Assembly: GCA_013265495.1 (NCBI GenBank)
Contig: MU058781.1
Coordinates: forward strand, 7,917,009 to 7,981,008
Reading direction: 5' to 3'
Length of the DNA stretch: 64,000 nucleotides
Origin: Vicugna vicugna
Taxonomy: Eukaryota
Of the stretch, positions 36,926-50,665 are shown piece by piece. Positions within the stretch are counted from its first letter, which is position 1. Every line of letters begins with the position of its first letter. The notes under the pieces are model-generated. The model was not told the DNA's origin. It searched no databases and saw only the letters and a program-made list of their open reading frames with translations. The translations under genes were made by a program, and so were the position numbers.

Positions 36926-39900
36926 TCCCTTTATTTTTTATTCTGATATGCCTAGTTTTTAAATTTCTTTTTTTTTTTTAATTCACAGAGCTCAGTACCA
37001 GAAACCATTAATCTGCATTTAGGAACATTATACTATGGAAAATAATTGTGCAAATTTAATCCAGCCCTACCCTGCTGCACTGTAGGAACACATTTATGTT
37101 CTCAAGACACTGGGCATCAGCATCTTCACTTCTGACGCTATGCATTGGGTTTAGCAATGTGTTACCTGGCCATGAGCTTATCAGTTGGAGACAGTCTAAA
37201 GAGGCAGTTAAAATGGCCAAGTTTATGCAAAGCTGCAGAAAAGAGAAACTGAATTAAGGGGGGAAAAAAAACTCAAAGAAAAATGGCCTTTTCAATCCCT
37301 CCTCCTTCAGCTACAGGATTCTGTGAGGAACACGAGAATGCTGCTCTCAGTTATATAATCTGGGGCCTTAGCAGATTCAGAATGGAGAGGGAAGCTCACA
37401 TGGCAATAGCAAGATATGTAAACACCACGCTGAGTACTTCCAGTTTGTCAGAGACTGTGCAATCCTTTTACCCACAGTCGTAGCAAACAACATAAAGCTC
37501 ACTGTGTGAGGGCGTATTGGAGGTACAATGTCATTTCATGGAAATGGGATGTAGACAGAATTCCCCCGAATGCATTTCATTAGTGCCTCGTGCAAGAGTG
37601 ACTTCTGGCATTTAGCATATACTGGGTTGTTCAAAGCCCTCCAATATTTGACAGCTTTTAATAATTAATGATCTGATTGACCATTTGCTCTAAGAGTTTG
37701 TGATGTATCAGTCTCCTTGCCTTCTTGTCATGGTTTAATAAGTGGAAAACCTAAAATCTAATATGTAAAAATATTTTATTTCTTCCTTTAATTCATAAAA
37801 GAAACAGAAAAACTTTTTGTTGCTTTAAGAAAACACCTAAACACAAAAAAATCAACAAGATTCAAAATACTGGATGCAACTTCCTAACTTCTCTACCTCA
37901 GCTTACCTATCTGTAAAATGGGATTAACAATGCTGCACTACACTCTCAGAGGAATATAAATTTCAGAAGCCTTTTAAACCTCTGCTTTGTAATCTTCAGT
38001 GGAAAAGACACTATATAAATATGAATTAATCTTAACCTGGTGCCTCATTATGTGAGCTAATATTAACTGGAGAAAAGTTATGTCAAATAACATAACGGAT
38101 ATTGGAATAAAACTGCAGATTGATTTTGTTGTTTTACTATTTATATTGGCAAATGAGGATAAGCACAAGGGAGAAATAGATGGCAAATAGTCTGATCATA
38201 TTATGTCACCAAAATTCCAACCTAGAAATAACATCTAATAATAACATAGCACAGTTCCTGGTTCTGCCAACTTCTAAAATAAAAACCAACTCAGATGGAG
38301 CACGCCAGCCGAAAATAAAATAATACCTTTTTTAAAAAATTAGGCCTACTTCTTAAAATCATAATGCAATCCTGATAATTGGCCACTAGCATCATTTTTT
38401 GCTACTTAATAGCACATCATTAGCAAGAGTTAAAATGTCAAGAATCTCATATTGATATTGTTTCTGTTTTTGTGAAATGGTCACGTGGCTCTCATACAAG
38501 AATAGCTTACTCTGTAACTCAGACCCATGGTTTTCACAGCAAACTAGAGACAGCCTATGACTGGTGGAAAACACTGGGGCAGAACGGGGGTGGTGCCCAC
38601 GTCTCATGACCACCTAGTTAATGTTTTATTCCTCACACATTTATTTTGAACAAACCTCAAGTCTCTTAGCCCATGGATAAGTATCTGAGCTTTTGCAAGC
38701 TCACCTGCAAAATCCAATCTAAAGCTCATTCCAGTACACAACGATCAGCTAACCCTTTGTGTTGGTACAGAGCTATGCAATTTTTAATACTTTACCAACT
38801 TTCTCTCATTTACCTCCCTCAACGCAGGGGAGTATCTTATTTATCTCCATTTTCCCTGTGCTGATGCAGTGCCAGGAATGTTGCAAACATTCAAAAAATA
38901 GCAATTATTGCAATTTTGTTAGAATCCTAATTCATTAATCTTACAATAAACATAATTTTACCTCAGGTTTGAGTAACAGCTTTTATAGCTCAGTTTAAGT
39001 CTTTCCTTCCTTTCTTTCTTTGGCATTTTTTTTTTTCAATCTGGACTTTATCCATAGCTCCATAGTTTTCTCTGCAGCTTCAAAAGTCCGAACTCCTGCA
39101 GCTCTTTCTCCATTGGGGATTTTGCAACCCAAGCAAGGGTGTTTAACCCTGTGATGCTTTTTGCTAACTCAGCAAAGACTTTAGGTCGGACTTCCTGGTG
39201 CTCCCGATTGTTTACTGATCACACAGGATGCTGTCATTTCCACAGTCACAAGTGGGGAATGACCAGACAACGGTCATTCGCAGGGTGCATTTCCCAGTAG
39301 GCAATCTTCAGGGCTTTCTGTTACATCAAAATATTTCCCTCTAGCTCCCTCTCTTATTCCTTATCCACTTACGCCAGAGATCCTATTGCTCTTATGAGGC
39401 ATCAAATTGTCAACTTTTTTGTGAATCACTAACCCTCAGATGCCCTTAGTAATGACTCTAACCATCTTTTAGCTTAAAACCCTGCTTCTAAGGAAAGAAT
39501 AGTAAGTCAAATGATTTAAGTGCTTTTCACTGTCATTATAAAGAATTTATTAAAGCTTTGTGTGTGAAACTGTGCTAAGAAGTATTTTTAAGATTATATC
39601 AAAACCAGAGGTGGCCAGTGTGACCAGATTGTCCCCAGGAGTTGAAGACAGTGTGAGGACATCAGGTCAGTTACCTGGAGATCTGGTCTTGAGCACAAGC
39701 AACAAAATCTCTAAGCCTGGTCTCCCCATCTGTCTGCCTCCAGGGACAGGGATGAAGAGCTCAGTGCGGTTAATGTATGAATGATAAAATTCACTCCTGT
39801 AAGATTTTTATACCTTCTCATCTGTCCATGTTTACATTGAAAAAGAGAACTAAGTAGAAGAAACATACGCAAGGAAAGTAGAGGAAAGCCATAGGTAGAG

Positions 39901-42900
39901 CCACGAATCTCTGCGAGATTTCCTTGGATACAGCTCTTTAGCAAAATATTCTTTGATCTAACAAATGTCTCTTTCGGGAAATTTCTCATCTCTACCCTAA
40001 AGCCCTCATCATGAAGTAAGGTCCCAAACATTATGCCCAATTTGTTTTGACCACTAAATAGGCCACTTCATGGCCCCTCCACTAAGGCCCATATTATATT
40101 ATAGCCCTAATTAGTACTTGCAATGATGGGCAGACGTTAACTTGGTATGTGATCACCAAGGACTGCAACTCTTATTTGGCAATGTTGCCACATTCAGCAG
40201 TACCTGTTGCCCTCATCACCCAAATTAATTTGCTCCAAGACCATCATCCCATTTGGTCTTAGTGCCTGTAGGGTCAGAACCATCCAGCCTAATGCTTTCT
40301 TGGTGACCAGCTCTAGTTCAAGGGTCACAATGTCCCTACAGGACATGGAGGGTCTCAGATCTACCAGGGAGGCATCACCGCTCACTTTACAAGAGACATT
40401 GTGATTAGAGACAAAGAAGCGCATTTTCTCAGGAATGGGGTTCAGCAGAGGGCACCCAGGTCTCCTAAAGCAAGTTCACAAGCCTTAAAGCCTTAGGAAT
40501 AATCTGCCTTTTGACTTTTTTTTTTTTCCCTCAAAGGTGTTCTGGAAAGCAGAGCACATGGAGAATAATGAAAATCAGTCATGTTGAGGGGGGAGGACCC
40601 CCCTCACTGGGGGCCTGGCAATTAGAGATAAACAGACTGTGAGCAGGTTACTGAAACTGCATTTTCACCGGCCAAGTTCTTTTTTTCAGTGGAGTAGCTT
40701 CGTGAAATAAAACGCAACACAATGGCTCCGAAGGATCGTTTGTAGGGATAAACAGGACAGGAGACAGACCCGCATGTGCTATGTTTTTCCCATCGCAGAT
40801 TAATAAAAGAGGCAATTATCTAATAAAAAATTTACCGTGAATTGCTACCAGTTGAATACTACTACTATTAGTACGATTAAGTACTATTAGTACTGACGAG
40901 ATTTAGTTCACCTTCTGCTGCCTGGGAATTTGACATCATTCCTGGCTTCTACCTCTCCCCCCAATTATAACCCATGGAAGCGAAAAAGCAACAAGAGCCA
41001 TTTAATGTGTCACAACACAGAATGAGGGGCAGAAAGTGCTGGAAGTGGAGGCTTTTCAAAGAGAATGGAGGAAATAATACAGCCTGATGATTACAGAATA
41101 TAGGGGTTTTTTTTTCCTTCTTTCTCCCTCCTCTTCTGTATGGGTTTATGTTGTTTGTGTTTGTGTTTTGTTTTTCTCATTTTCCGGCCAGAGCGTTTTT
41201 CCTAAAGGGTGGGTTCTTGCAGGTTTATGGCTCTGACTAATAGAATTGCTCTAAATAACATTTTGATCTTGTAAGGTCACCCAGAGTGCTATACCTTTCC
41301 TTTAATGATTCAGGTCTGGACCAGGCATTTCCCAGAATTGAGATGGTAATGAAGTCATTAGTTTCTTCCTACTTGAAGCCCTGGCTAGAATGCAGAATTC
41401 TATGGGCAAAGTCTGAGTGGGCTTTTTTCATAAATCTCACACCCAGCTGAGCTGTAACACCTGTTACATTTTCCCAGGAGCCTGAGCCATAAGACTATTT
41501 CCAATCTATTTGCTCTTCTTCTTCCACAGGACACTGACAAAGGCAGGGGTCCCTGTTTTCTAAGGCACTGCTAATTGAAAATCTCTGGCTGGTGCAAATG
41601 TGAACTCAAAGCCACAAGAGTTCCAAATAAGGCCCCAATGATTATTTCCTCCTCTATTTAAAAATAGCCTTTATAATGCAGGTTATACAAGATTAATTTG
41701 TTTGAGGGAAAAAATAGTCGTTGAACCTCTTGCCCCCAATAAACTTTTTCTTTCCATGCAGTTTTTTTTTTTTTTAAAGAAGAAGAAAAGAAAGGGGAAA
41801 ATAATAAGACCCTACAAGCCCCGTGTTTGTAAGAGCTGGAGGGTGGGGGTAGGGTAGCATGAAGATGTGTTTGCTTTCGTTTTGTACTTTGAAAATCTTC
41901 TCTATTTATTAAATTCACACACAAGAATTGAGAACAAAGTTGAGTCAGATGATTGACCAAATGTAAGGTGATTACAATGGCAAGTTAAAGGAAAGTAGCT
42001 TCAGAAACTGAATAATTAAAATAGGAGGAAGTTTTCCTGTAGGAGCCTTGAAAAGAAAAAGAAAATGCATTCGTCTATAGAAAGGAAGGGCATTTCTGGC
42101 CCTAATAACAGCCTGTGGAAAAAACCCTGAAAAACAATGTTATCAGGTCTCAGGTGGCATTTGACAGAAAAAAGAATTACTAGATAATTTACATTAAGTT
42201 GACGTAAACACATTCTCAGTTATCTATTCCTCTGGGAGTTAGAACACCCTAAGAATTTGAATCTTAAAAATAAAACTTTGGGGACCAGAGTCCACAAGTC
42301 ATAACACAGCCAGTCATCAAGCTGTTCCCTGCGGTCCCACCGACTGTGTCCTCTTCACCAAAAGCCACTAAAGAAATGCACTGTCTTTGAATTCTGGACT
42401 GTGCTGCACCGATGTTTTGTGGTTTGGTGGTTTGTTTCTCCCGGGTTTTGTTGCTGTTGTTTTCAAAGTGCGTTACTTGTGGTCATTGCCATGGTTTGAG
42501 TTAGGTACCTTTGTGTGCCTCAATCCTAAGGCACATTCTCATTAAGGACACCCCTCCTAGTCTAGTCTAAGAATTGAGAAAACGGCCTATTACAAGCTTT
42601 CAATTATGAGAGGGGAGGATGCTTCAGTAGGAAGAGGGCTGTCATTTCATTACAAGAGGGGAAAAAAAAAAAGCAAATAAGTTTTTAAGTAAATGGTTAA
42701 TGAACTGGATTCCCACAGCACATTGTTTTAATTCTACTGTGAAATCTGCATGTAGTTCTAAACCTGATTGTTGAGATCAGTTGAAAAGAGCTGAGACACT
42801 CAGAACCTCCAGAGAACACTTACTCAAATAGCTCCTAAAGCATATATGAATTCATTAAAAATGGGTTTAGTTGCCTATTTATTGAAAAGGAAAGAAGTGC

Positions 42901-44044
42901 ACAATATGTCAGTGAGTAAAATGCTTTTAAGTTGACCCATAAGTAAATTAGTTTGGGGGGTAGGTCTAAAATGGTCAAATATCTATAATTTCACATTTTA
43001 ACTTAAATACTATGCAAGCTACTATGAATAATACAATTTCATTTTGTTGTTTAATACACACTCTAAAGAGCTGGCAACAGTTTTTCCCTGGTAGGAGGGG
43101 GTTATGTGTAACTTTTAATTCATTTCTCCTATTGGTTTACCTATATTTTTTACTTTTTCTGGAATAATCTCTGGGTTCTCCTGAGAGCTCTGGGCTGAAG
43201 CTGAAATATTCGAGAAATGTTAGCCATTCTTTTTTGGCTTCTGTTAATCTCCATCCCCATTCTCAGTCCACTTGTACTAGTCACAGGGTTTTTTTTCCCC
43301 CCCAACTCATATTTCACCAATTCTAACTTTATCTACATAAGCTATAGAATCAGACAATTTAATAATTTAAGAATCAAATTGGATTAGTGACCTTGATTAC
43401 TTCTTCCCACTTCAATCTATTATAAAAACAATGTATCACAATTCTGTTCAGAGAACCTTACGTTCCCGTCCACTGCACTGGAAATTAAAGATACGTTCCC
43501 ACAGAGGAAGTCAAGCAAAACAAAGATTCTTCATATACTGAATCTAAATTTCTAGAAGAAAATACGGTTAAGGTGGTGACCTCTTTTTTTGTTAAGAAAG
43601 CAACACAGAATCTATCAGAAATACCTTCTCTCCATTCCAGAAGTTTGGTTTCTTTCTGTCTCCTTTCCACCATTCAACTCCTTTGGACTCCCTGCTTGGC
43701 AAGGGAGTGATTTTTTTGACTCTGCATAAATGATTGCCAAGTCTTATCTTTCCTCCTTCCTCCTTTATTTGATTATCGATGTCCTGGAGAACTAGACTTC
43801 ACTACCTTGTTTCACTGGAGGTTCTACCATCTGTTGCAATACTTTCCATGATATCAGGGCCTGACTTTGATGCATGTTCTATTCTGTATGTATTAGTGAT
43901 GCATACTGGTATTCATAATCTTCTTAAGAGCTCAGCACTTATTTTAAAAGAAACTATTAAATGATTTAGGTTGGCAAGATGGATCTATATTTTAATTAGG
44001 GAAAGCTGAGAAAAAAATAATTTTAAATTGTCCCCATTCAGGGA

Positions 44045-44200
44045 GGCAGCATGAAGCAGTGGAAAGAAAACTGCCAGTCAGGTAAGGTTGTAGCCAGTCA
44101 GGTGAGGTCGTAGCCCAGATTCTACGACTAAATGTGACTTTGAGCATGTCACTTAGCCTTATGGGTCTTAAGTCAACACCTGCAAGATAAAAGATTTTCA
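44045..44200 (+). mobile_element. MIR SINE
   Basis: GGCAGCATGAAGCAGTGGAAAGA...TGTGACTTTGAGCATGTCACTTAGCCTT. Confidence 0.7.
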
Positions 44201-45059
44201 AGAGACAAAACTTAGGTCTCTCTGCATGTCCATTTGGCCCTCAGTTCATAAATCCTCTTTGAATTCCCATGTGGCTCCAATGCAACATCAATTTTCTACA
44301 ATGGCCAATAGCCAAGAGTAGATCCACCAGTCCTGTGGTCCCTGCAATTCTGGAACTTAGGTGAATGTGAATTCAGTTGCCTAGGCACAGAGAATTTTTT
44401 TTTTTAATTTCTTTACTGTTTATTCATGGCTCTTCCGTTGATTAAGGCTCAGAGAGCTCTCTGCTCCTGACAGATGGCTTGGTCAGTACAGGTAACCCTG
44501 CTGAATTAAACTCCTTAGAAGAGGAGTGCCTTTCTACCTGAGAGATTTGAGTCTCCTTGTGGCCACTGGCATCCTGTACAATATTCAGGAATTTCCCAGG
44601 CTCTCATTCTTCCCTAAGTTCCCACCTAAACTGCACCCCAGTGGAATAAGAATGGAAATTGAGTAAGAATCTCCAGAATCAAAAGCAATTTTTTTTTCTC
44701 AGCTGCAGGTAATAAAAGTAGAAGGGCAGGATAATCTTGGAATTCTCCAGGAGAAAAATTAAAATATTCTTTATTAGTCACAACGGTGCCCCAGTAAGGG
44801 ATCCCCCTCCCCCCCCTTTTTTTTAATAAGAGCTTCCCCTACCCTACACAGCCCTTTTGATACAAGTGAAAAAATTCCGAATTCCTCATTTGTCTGGCCT
44901 GAAAATCCCCTGCACATTCCCACAAACTACTTCCTTTTCTCTCTTTTTAGCAAGACTCCCCTCTCTCCCTTTAATGAAGAGAAGTTCAGAGGGTTTTTTC
45001 CCATGAATAGATGGCAGGCACCTGGGAGTTATGAATTTTAAAGTGATCATTTTCTTTCA

Positions 45060-45600
45060 GCCCCGCCGGACAATGGGCATCTCCTTTTGACTCACTTTCA
45101 CAGCTTTGAGAGGCTCTCAGATCAGCCACATTCCAATCGGACTGGAGTCAGATCAGAGCTGGGCTGGACCGCATCACGGTCTCGCACAGAAAGACAAGGA
45201 GCAGATGGCCAGCACCGAGCTCTCCTCCCCCTCTCGGCGCGCGGAGGCAGGCGATGTGGGAAAGCGTCCGCCCGGCACTGCCCATTGATCCCTGAATAGA
45301 ACCACCGCATGCCACCAGCCTGTAGGTATGAACCTCTGTTAACAGATGGTGAGATCATTATGAGCAATTAATTCCTTTAATGTATCAGTGGGAACATGCT
45401 GGAGAGGATGATGCAAGCGCCGAGTGAATAGTGAACTTCTCACTCCTGGGGGAGCGGGCAAGAGCTACCTTGGGGGGCCACGGGGAGTGTCTTCCCAGGC
45501 TGCAGCCTCGCGGCTCCGGGCAGGAGCTGGGAACCGACTGCACAGAACCGACGTGTGGTTTTCATGAACGAATTGTGAATCCTGCCCTTCCCTCGTGATT
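45060..45600. promoter_or_regulatory. Small CpG-enriched patch, candidate enhancer or weak promoter
   Basis: Local CpG retention (CTCGGCGCGCGGAGG, CGTCCGCCCGG, CCTCGCGGCTCCGG) in non-repeat sequence; TGTGGGAAA (RBPJ-type) at 45255-45263. Confidence 0.45.
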
Positions 45601-48600
45601 AACGCCAGATTTGTCCTTAGATCGTTTTCATACTCAAGAACTACCCAAAATTACAGCGACAAACACAAACAGTATGTGTCAGGGAGTCCCGGATGCGTGG
45701 GGAAGCATTTCACAGAAACCAGCAGAGCAGCAGGTCACGGGTCACTCTGGCTAAACACATCTACAGTTGTGGGCCATCTGCGTTTAAGAGAAGGGTTTCT
45801 TTCAACAAAGATAAAAAGTAGAAAAACGATGCTCATCCCAGGGTTTGAGTCTGAAAACTGAATTTGGATGCACTACAAATGGGTAGATTTAAAAGAGGGT
45901 ATTTTGAAACACATGAATTCACATGGAGGGTGAATTTGAGCAAATGACATACATAGTAAATTATCCCCCTAGTATAAGATGGAATTCTTTCTTTTTTTTT
46001 AATTTCAGTAACAATGTGAAAGCGACTGTCAGTGGCTAACTGGAAAAAAACTGTCACCCTCTTATTCAGATACTGCTCTGATTCATGATCAATGAGATAA
46101 TGGCATTTTTGCATGTTTTCCTACTTTTAAAAATATTTAGTAGCAGTAGTGTTTTTCTTTCACAAGAAAAAGAAGAATCTTAGGACATAGTACAGATCAT
46201 TGGGGAGCCCTTAGATTTTTTAAGAAGCTAGAAAATACAGGAACAGGAAATACTGACAACTATTCATTTAATTCATATTTAAATGACACTTTTTGCTTGT
46301 AATTAAGACACTCAAGTAGTGTCTCTGTTCATGAAATTTACATAACTGTACAATAGCTTGCCTAAATGAACAGCAAATGGCAGTTAACCTTGAAGTGTAT
46401 TATCTTAATTGAATAAATCTGGCTTTGATTCAATAAATTAAAAACAGAAATAATACTGCAAAAGACTTTTGAAGAACACACTTGCCACCCCCTGTAAATA
46501 CAGCGTGGTACTGTTTATAGTTGGGTTGGAATGCTCGGACATTTTCCAGTATGATTTTAGAACTCTAAAAGCATTCCACTACACGTTCACTATTTTTCCA
46601 TCCTTGTTTCCAAAGCAAATCAATGCCACATTCTGGAAATCATCAATAAGAACATCTGAATTCTGAATCAGAACATCTAAGCATGCGTATCTGAGATGGC
46701 TCCTCATTTGGGCTTCCAGTTCCTCTACTTCTAGGGGAAATGTGGTCTTCCCTTTTGTACAATTCTGTGTCTCCAATTCTACATCATTGAGGGTCCTGTG
46801 ACATACATAAAAAAAAACTAGAGGAAAATAGATTTCTTACATAGGAAGGAGACCTACCCACTATTTTTCCATTTAAATCAGACATGCAAGGACTGCAAAT
46901 CCCTTCAGCATAAGAGAGCCAACAGAAGACACTGAATGCTCCCCTCCCAAAGTTTGTTTCCTTAATCAGCACGATCGTGTTTCAGTGATTATACAGTTAA
47001 GGAGAAGAAATCATGCAATATGTTTTTATTTGCATGAAATAAGTTAATGAGCCACCACCTGTGCCTTGTATCAGTTTACTGGGGGAAAAAGCTGGAGAAC
47101 ACAGGTGTTCTGAGAGCATCGTGGTAGATGTTATACATTAATTTAAAAACACTAAAACCTAAAATCATTGATCAGAACCCAGCAGTGTGTATGGCTTAGG
47201 AATAACCCATACGCTCACAGACATAAATAAAAATCATTGTGAAGAAATTCCTGGTTTCTTGGCTAGAAAGGGGGGGGGAGCTGTAATTCATTCTTTCCTC
47301 ATTCTCACAGTGTTCACTGTTGAAGCATCTGCAATATACAACGTACATGCTCAGCCATAACCCGTAAGGCTGGAAAAGAAGCTTTCACACTGTGAATTAC
47401 CATTTTTCCCAGCACCGAGCTCTAGTCAAAGACAGCACAATAATAAACTAGAAGCTCCTTTGTCTGTTAAACATTGTTCTTCATTACTACATGAAAAGCA
47501 AATTGTCTTTGTATAGAGGAAGAGTGGCACATACAGCCATGAGAGAGGGGGGAGGGACTTGCCTCTCTCGCTGACCACCTCACAGACACAGAGGCCACTC
47601 ATCCATCTTTCCCACTGGCCCACCCAACTGTGTCTTCCAAATCACTTCGTTTGCCAGCACATTGGGAAGAGATCCCTTGTTCAGTTGGGTGAGATGCTGG
47701 ATTACAGACTCACGGGATGCTTTTCCACTGAATATCCTGAAGCTTACATCCACGTATTTCTTTCTTTCTTTTTTTCTCTTTTTTTCAAGTCACTTCAGTG
47801 TATCCCTTTATAATGTTTGGGAGAAGTGAAGCTTATCAGAGATCCCTTTTTTTTCCTGGGGCTAAATATACTCTGCAAGCTATTATGGGTTATTTGGGCT
47901 CTTAAGAGACAAATGAAAAAAAAAAAAAAAGCAAACAAACATTTGGAGCAGAAGATGTATACATTATGCTTTGGAGCAGAAGATTTATATATTATGTATA
48001 CACATAATATAACAAGTACACAGTAACAGTTACCATGAAAGTTTAGAAAATGTATAGATTAGACCAGAACTACTCATTCAAGGAGAGGATCCTTGTAACA
48101 GAAATAAGTTACTTATGAGAAATTAATAATTTTGTGAGTTTTTTTTTCTTTTGGATGTAAGAAATTCCAACAAATCTCACAACCCAATAAGCTTGCTTAC
48201 GAAACCTTTACTCAATTAAAAGATCATAAACTATCTCCTCAGATGGGAGCCAATAGCCAAACCCAAGTCCTTAATTTAAATCTCAAAGAACACTACCACT
48301 TCATGACATCTGATCTGACCCTCAGTGGATCATTTTCCAGAGCGTGCTGCTGGAGAGGTCTGCCAGGAGAGGCTGAAGGGTATCCTGCTAGACATGACAT
48401 GGGGAACCCAAATCGCATCTGCTAACTCAACTCTACTGGATAGAGACAGGCTGAACGAAATAAAATGCCTGAATATCTGTCCAAAAGTCGTTCAATTTCT
48501 GTATTTACTATTAAAAAGAAGTTGAGATCTCATCAGAGACTGGTAAAAATCATTGCGGGAGGGCTGTCCAAAGATCAACTTTGGACATAAAACAGCTGTT

Positions 48601-49689
48601 TCTGTTAGGTTTTGTGGTATGATTTTCTGCATGATTTGTCATGTTTCTTGCTTGCCCATGGGAATAATATACCTGGCTCACTAAATTGTCATGAGGCTTC
48701 AAGGAAATCACATCATAAAATAACTACAATAGTTCTCCCTAACATAGTGTGTTTTCAATAAATGCCCGTTGTCTTTTCAGGTGGAGATAAACATTTGATT
48801 TTAATTTAGAGGGAAAAATACTTAATTGCCAGGTAGTATGTTCATATTTGTTCTCTCCCAAGGAGAGACACAACTTGTTTATTTTGAATGTGCAGTCCTT
48901 GAAATACCAACTTGAGAAATCATAAAATGTTTGTAGGGGTAGTTGGGACAATCTTTCTCTGCTCTGAAATTCTGTTCTTCTAGAACATCCCCAAATATCT
49001 AAAGTTCATGTACTCAACCCCAAAATCAAGTCCATTCCCTTATAGCTTGCAACTGTATTCTATCTAAAGAGAAACCCGCCTCTGTATTTTTACCGTGCGT
49101 CACACGACTTAAGGCTAGCTTTGACTTAGGCAGGCTCACCCTGTGTAAACAAGACACTGACATCACCAGGAGACAGAAAGGAATAAACTCAACCCATGCC
49201 CATGAGAAAGTGGTAAAAATACATGAGTCACATCAGAAACATCTGTCTTCAATCCCAAGTTGAGGACTTCCCAGGATAAGGGGCAATCTGTGAACCACGT
49301 GATCAGCTCTCCAACTCAAACTATGGGCTCATTTGTCTTAATTCTACTAACACATAAAACGATATCTGATGGTTTCTCTTTTTCAATAATGCTGATTTTC
49401 CTTGCAAGTTTGCATGCTGGTTTCCAAATGTTACAGCAAATGTATTTTTTCTTTTTTAATTTTCAGCTTGGATGCTCCCTTCTTAATTCGGAGTGACAAC
49501 ATTTGTCCCTCCACTCGTAAAGCACAGCGTCCACTAACATTCCTTACAGTTCTGCTTTTTTCTCACTTGCAGGGGAAACAGGCTGAACTTCCTGCCTGTG
49601 GCTTCTCACAGTGAGACCCTCCCTTTTCAGTATCTTTTCTCTCTCTCTTTCCACAGGGTCTTTCTCTGTGTCATTTCTAACCTCAGTCT

Positions 49690-49918
49690 AGAGCATTTCA
49701 TCTCAACTGGGGGTGACTTAACTTCCAGGGGACATTTAGCAATGTCTAGAGACAGTTTTGGTTGTCTGGGTGGAGGGGATGCTACTGGCATCTAGTAGGG
49801 AGAGGCCAGGGACACTGTTGAACATCCTACAAAGCACCAGGCAGTCCCCTCGCCACTCTCACAACAACAAATTATCTGGCTTCAAATGTCCATGGTGCCA
49901 AGGTTAAGAAACCCCGGT
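49690..49918 (+). mobile_element. MER20 (hAT-Charlie)
   Basis: CTCAACTGGGGGTGAC...GGGGACATTTAGCAATGTCTAGAGACAGTTTTGGTTGTC...GCTACTGGCATCTAGTAGG...GGTGCCAAGGTTAAGAAACCC. Confidence 0.9.
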
Positions 49919-49959
49919 CCAGGTGGGAGAAAACACACACGAAAAACTAGCTTTCTATC

Positions 49960-50665
49960 GTTTTATGTCTAGCCACTCCCCTAGTCACTCTTTCCTTCAT
50001 TGCTAAACTTTTTCAAAATATCTCATCTCATCTATTTCCAATACCCTCTGACTCCTTAAACATCTGCAGTTTATTTATCTTCCAAACAAGTCACTGCAAC
50101 TGTTCTCTTTAGGACCACTAACCTCTCTAATGGTCCAACCAAACAGCCCAGTGAATGCTTTCCTGTCTTCAATTTTGACATCTCCTTGCCTTTGAAGTGT
50201 TGACCACTTTCTCCTTCTTATAACGCTCTCATCGCTTGGTACCATTCACACCATCCTCTTCAAGTCGTCATCATCATCGCATCAATCATCACGACTGCTG
50301 ATATCTCATGTCCCGCTTCATTCTGTTCTCCATAGAAATATCCCCCATCAGAGAGGTTCTCCATAGAAATAGCCCCCATCAGAGAGGTTTCCCTGCCTGC
50401 CCTTCCCAGAGCAGCATCCCACCCTGGTCTATTTCCTTCACTTGCTTTGCCATTTTCGTAGCTTTTATTGCTACCTGATACTGCACTATGTTTTCGTTTT
50501 GAATACAAGAATATATATATTATACAAGAACATAAGCTTTGAGATGGAGCAGAGACAGTGTTCCTTTTGTTCACGTCTATGTGATGAGGACCTGGTCCTT
50601 AGCCACACGTGCAGATTTGTGGGGATGAATGAATGAATGAAAGATTAGATGAATTCATGAATGAG
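49960..50665 (+). mobile_element. L2 LINE fragments ending in (TGAA)n; contains a 31-bp tandem duplication at 50325-50386
   Basis: L2-like pyrimidine-rich body and 3' ATGAATGAATGAATGA; GTTCTCCATAGAAATA(T/G)CCCCCATCAGAGAG occurs twice in tandem. Confidence 0.65.
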
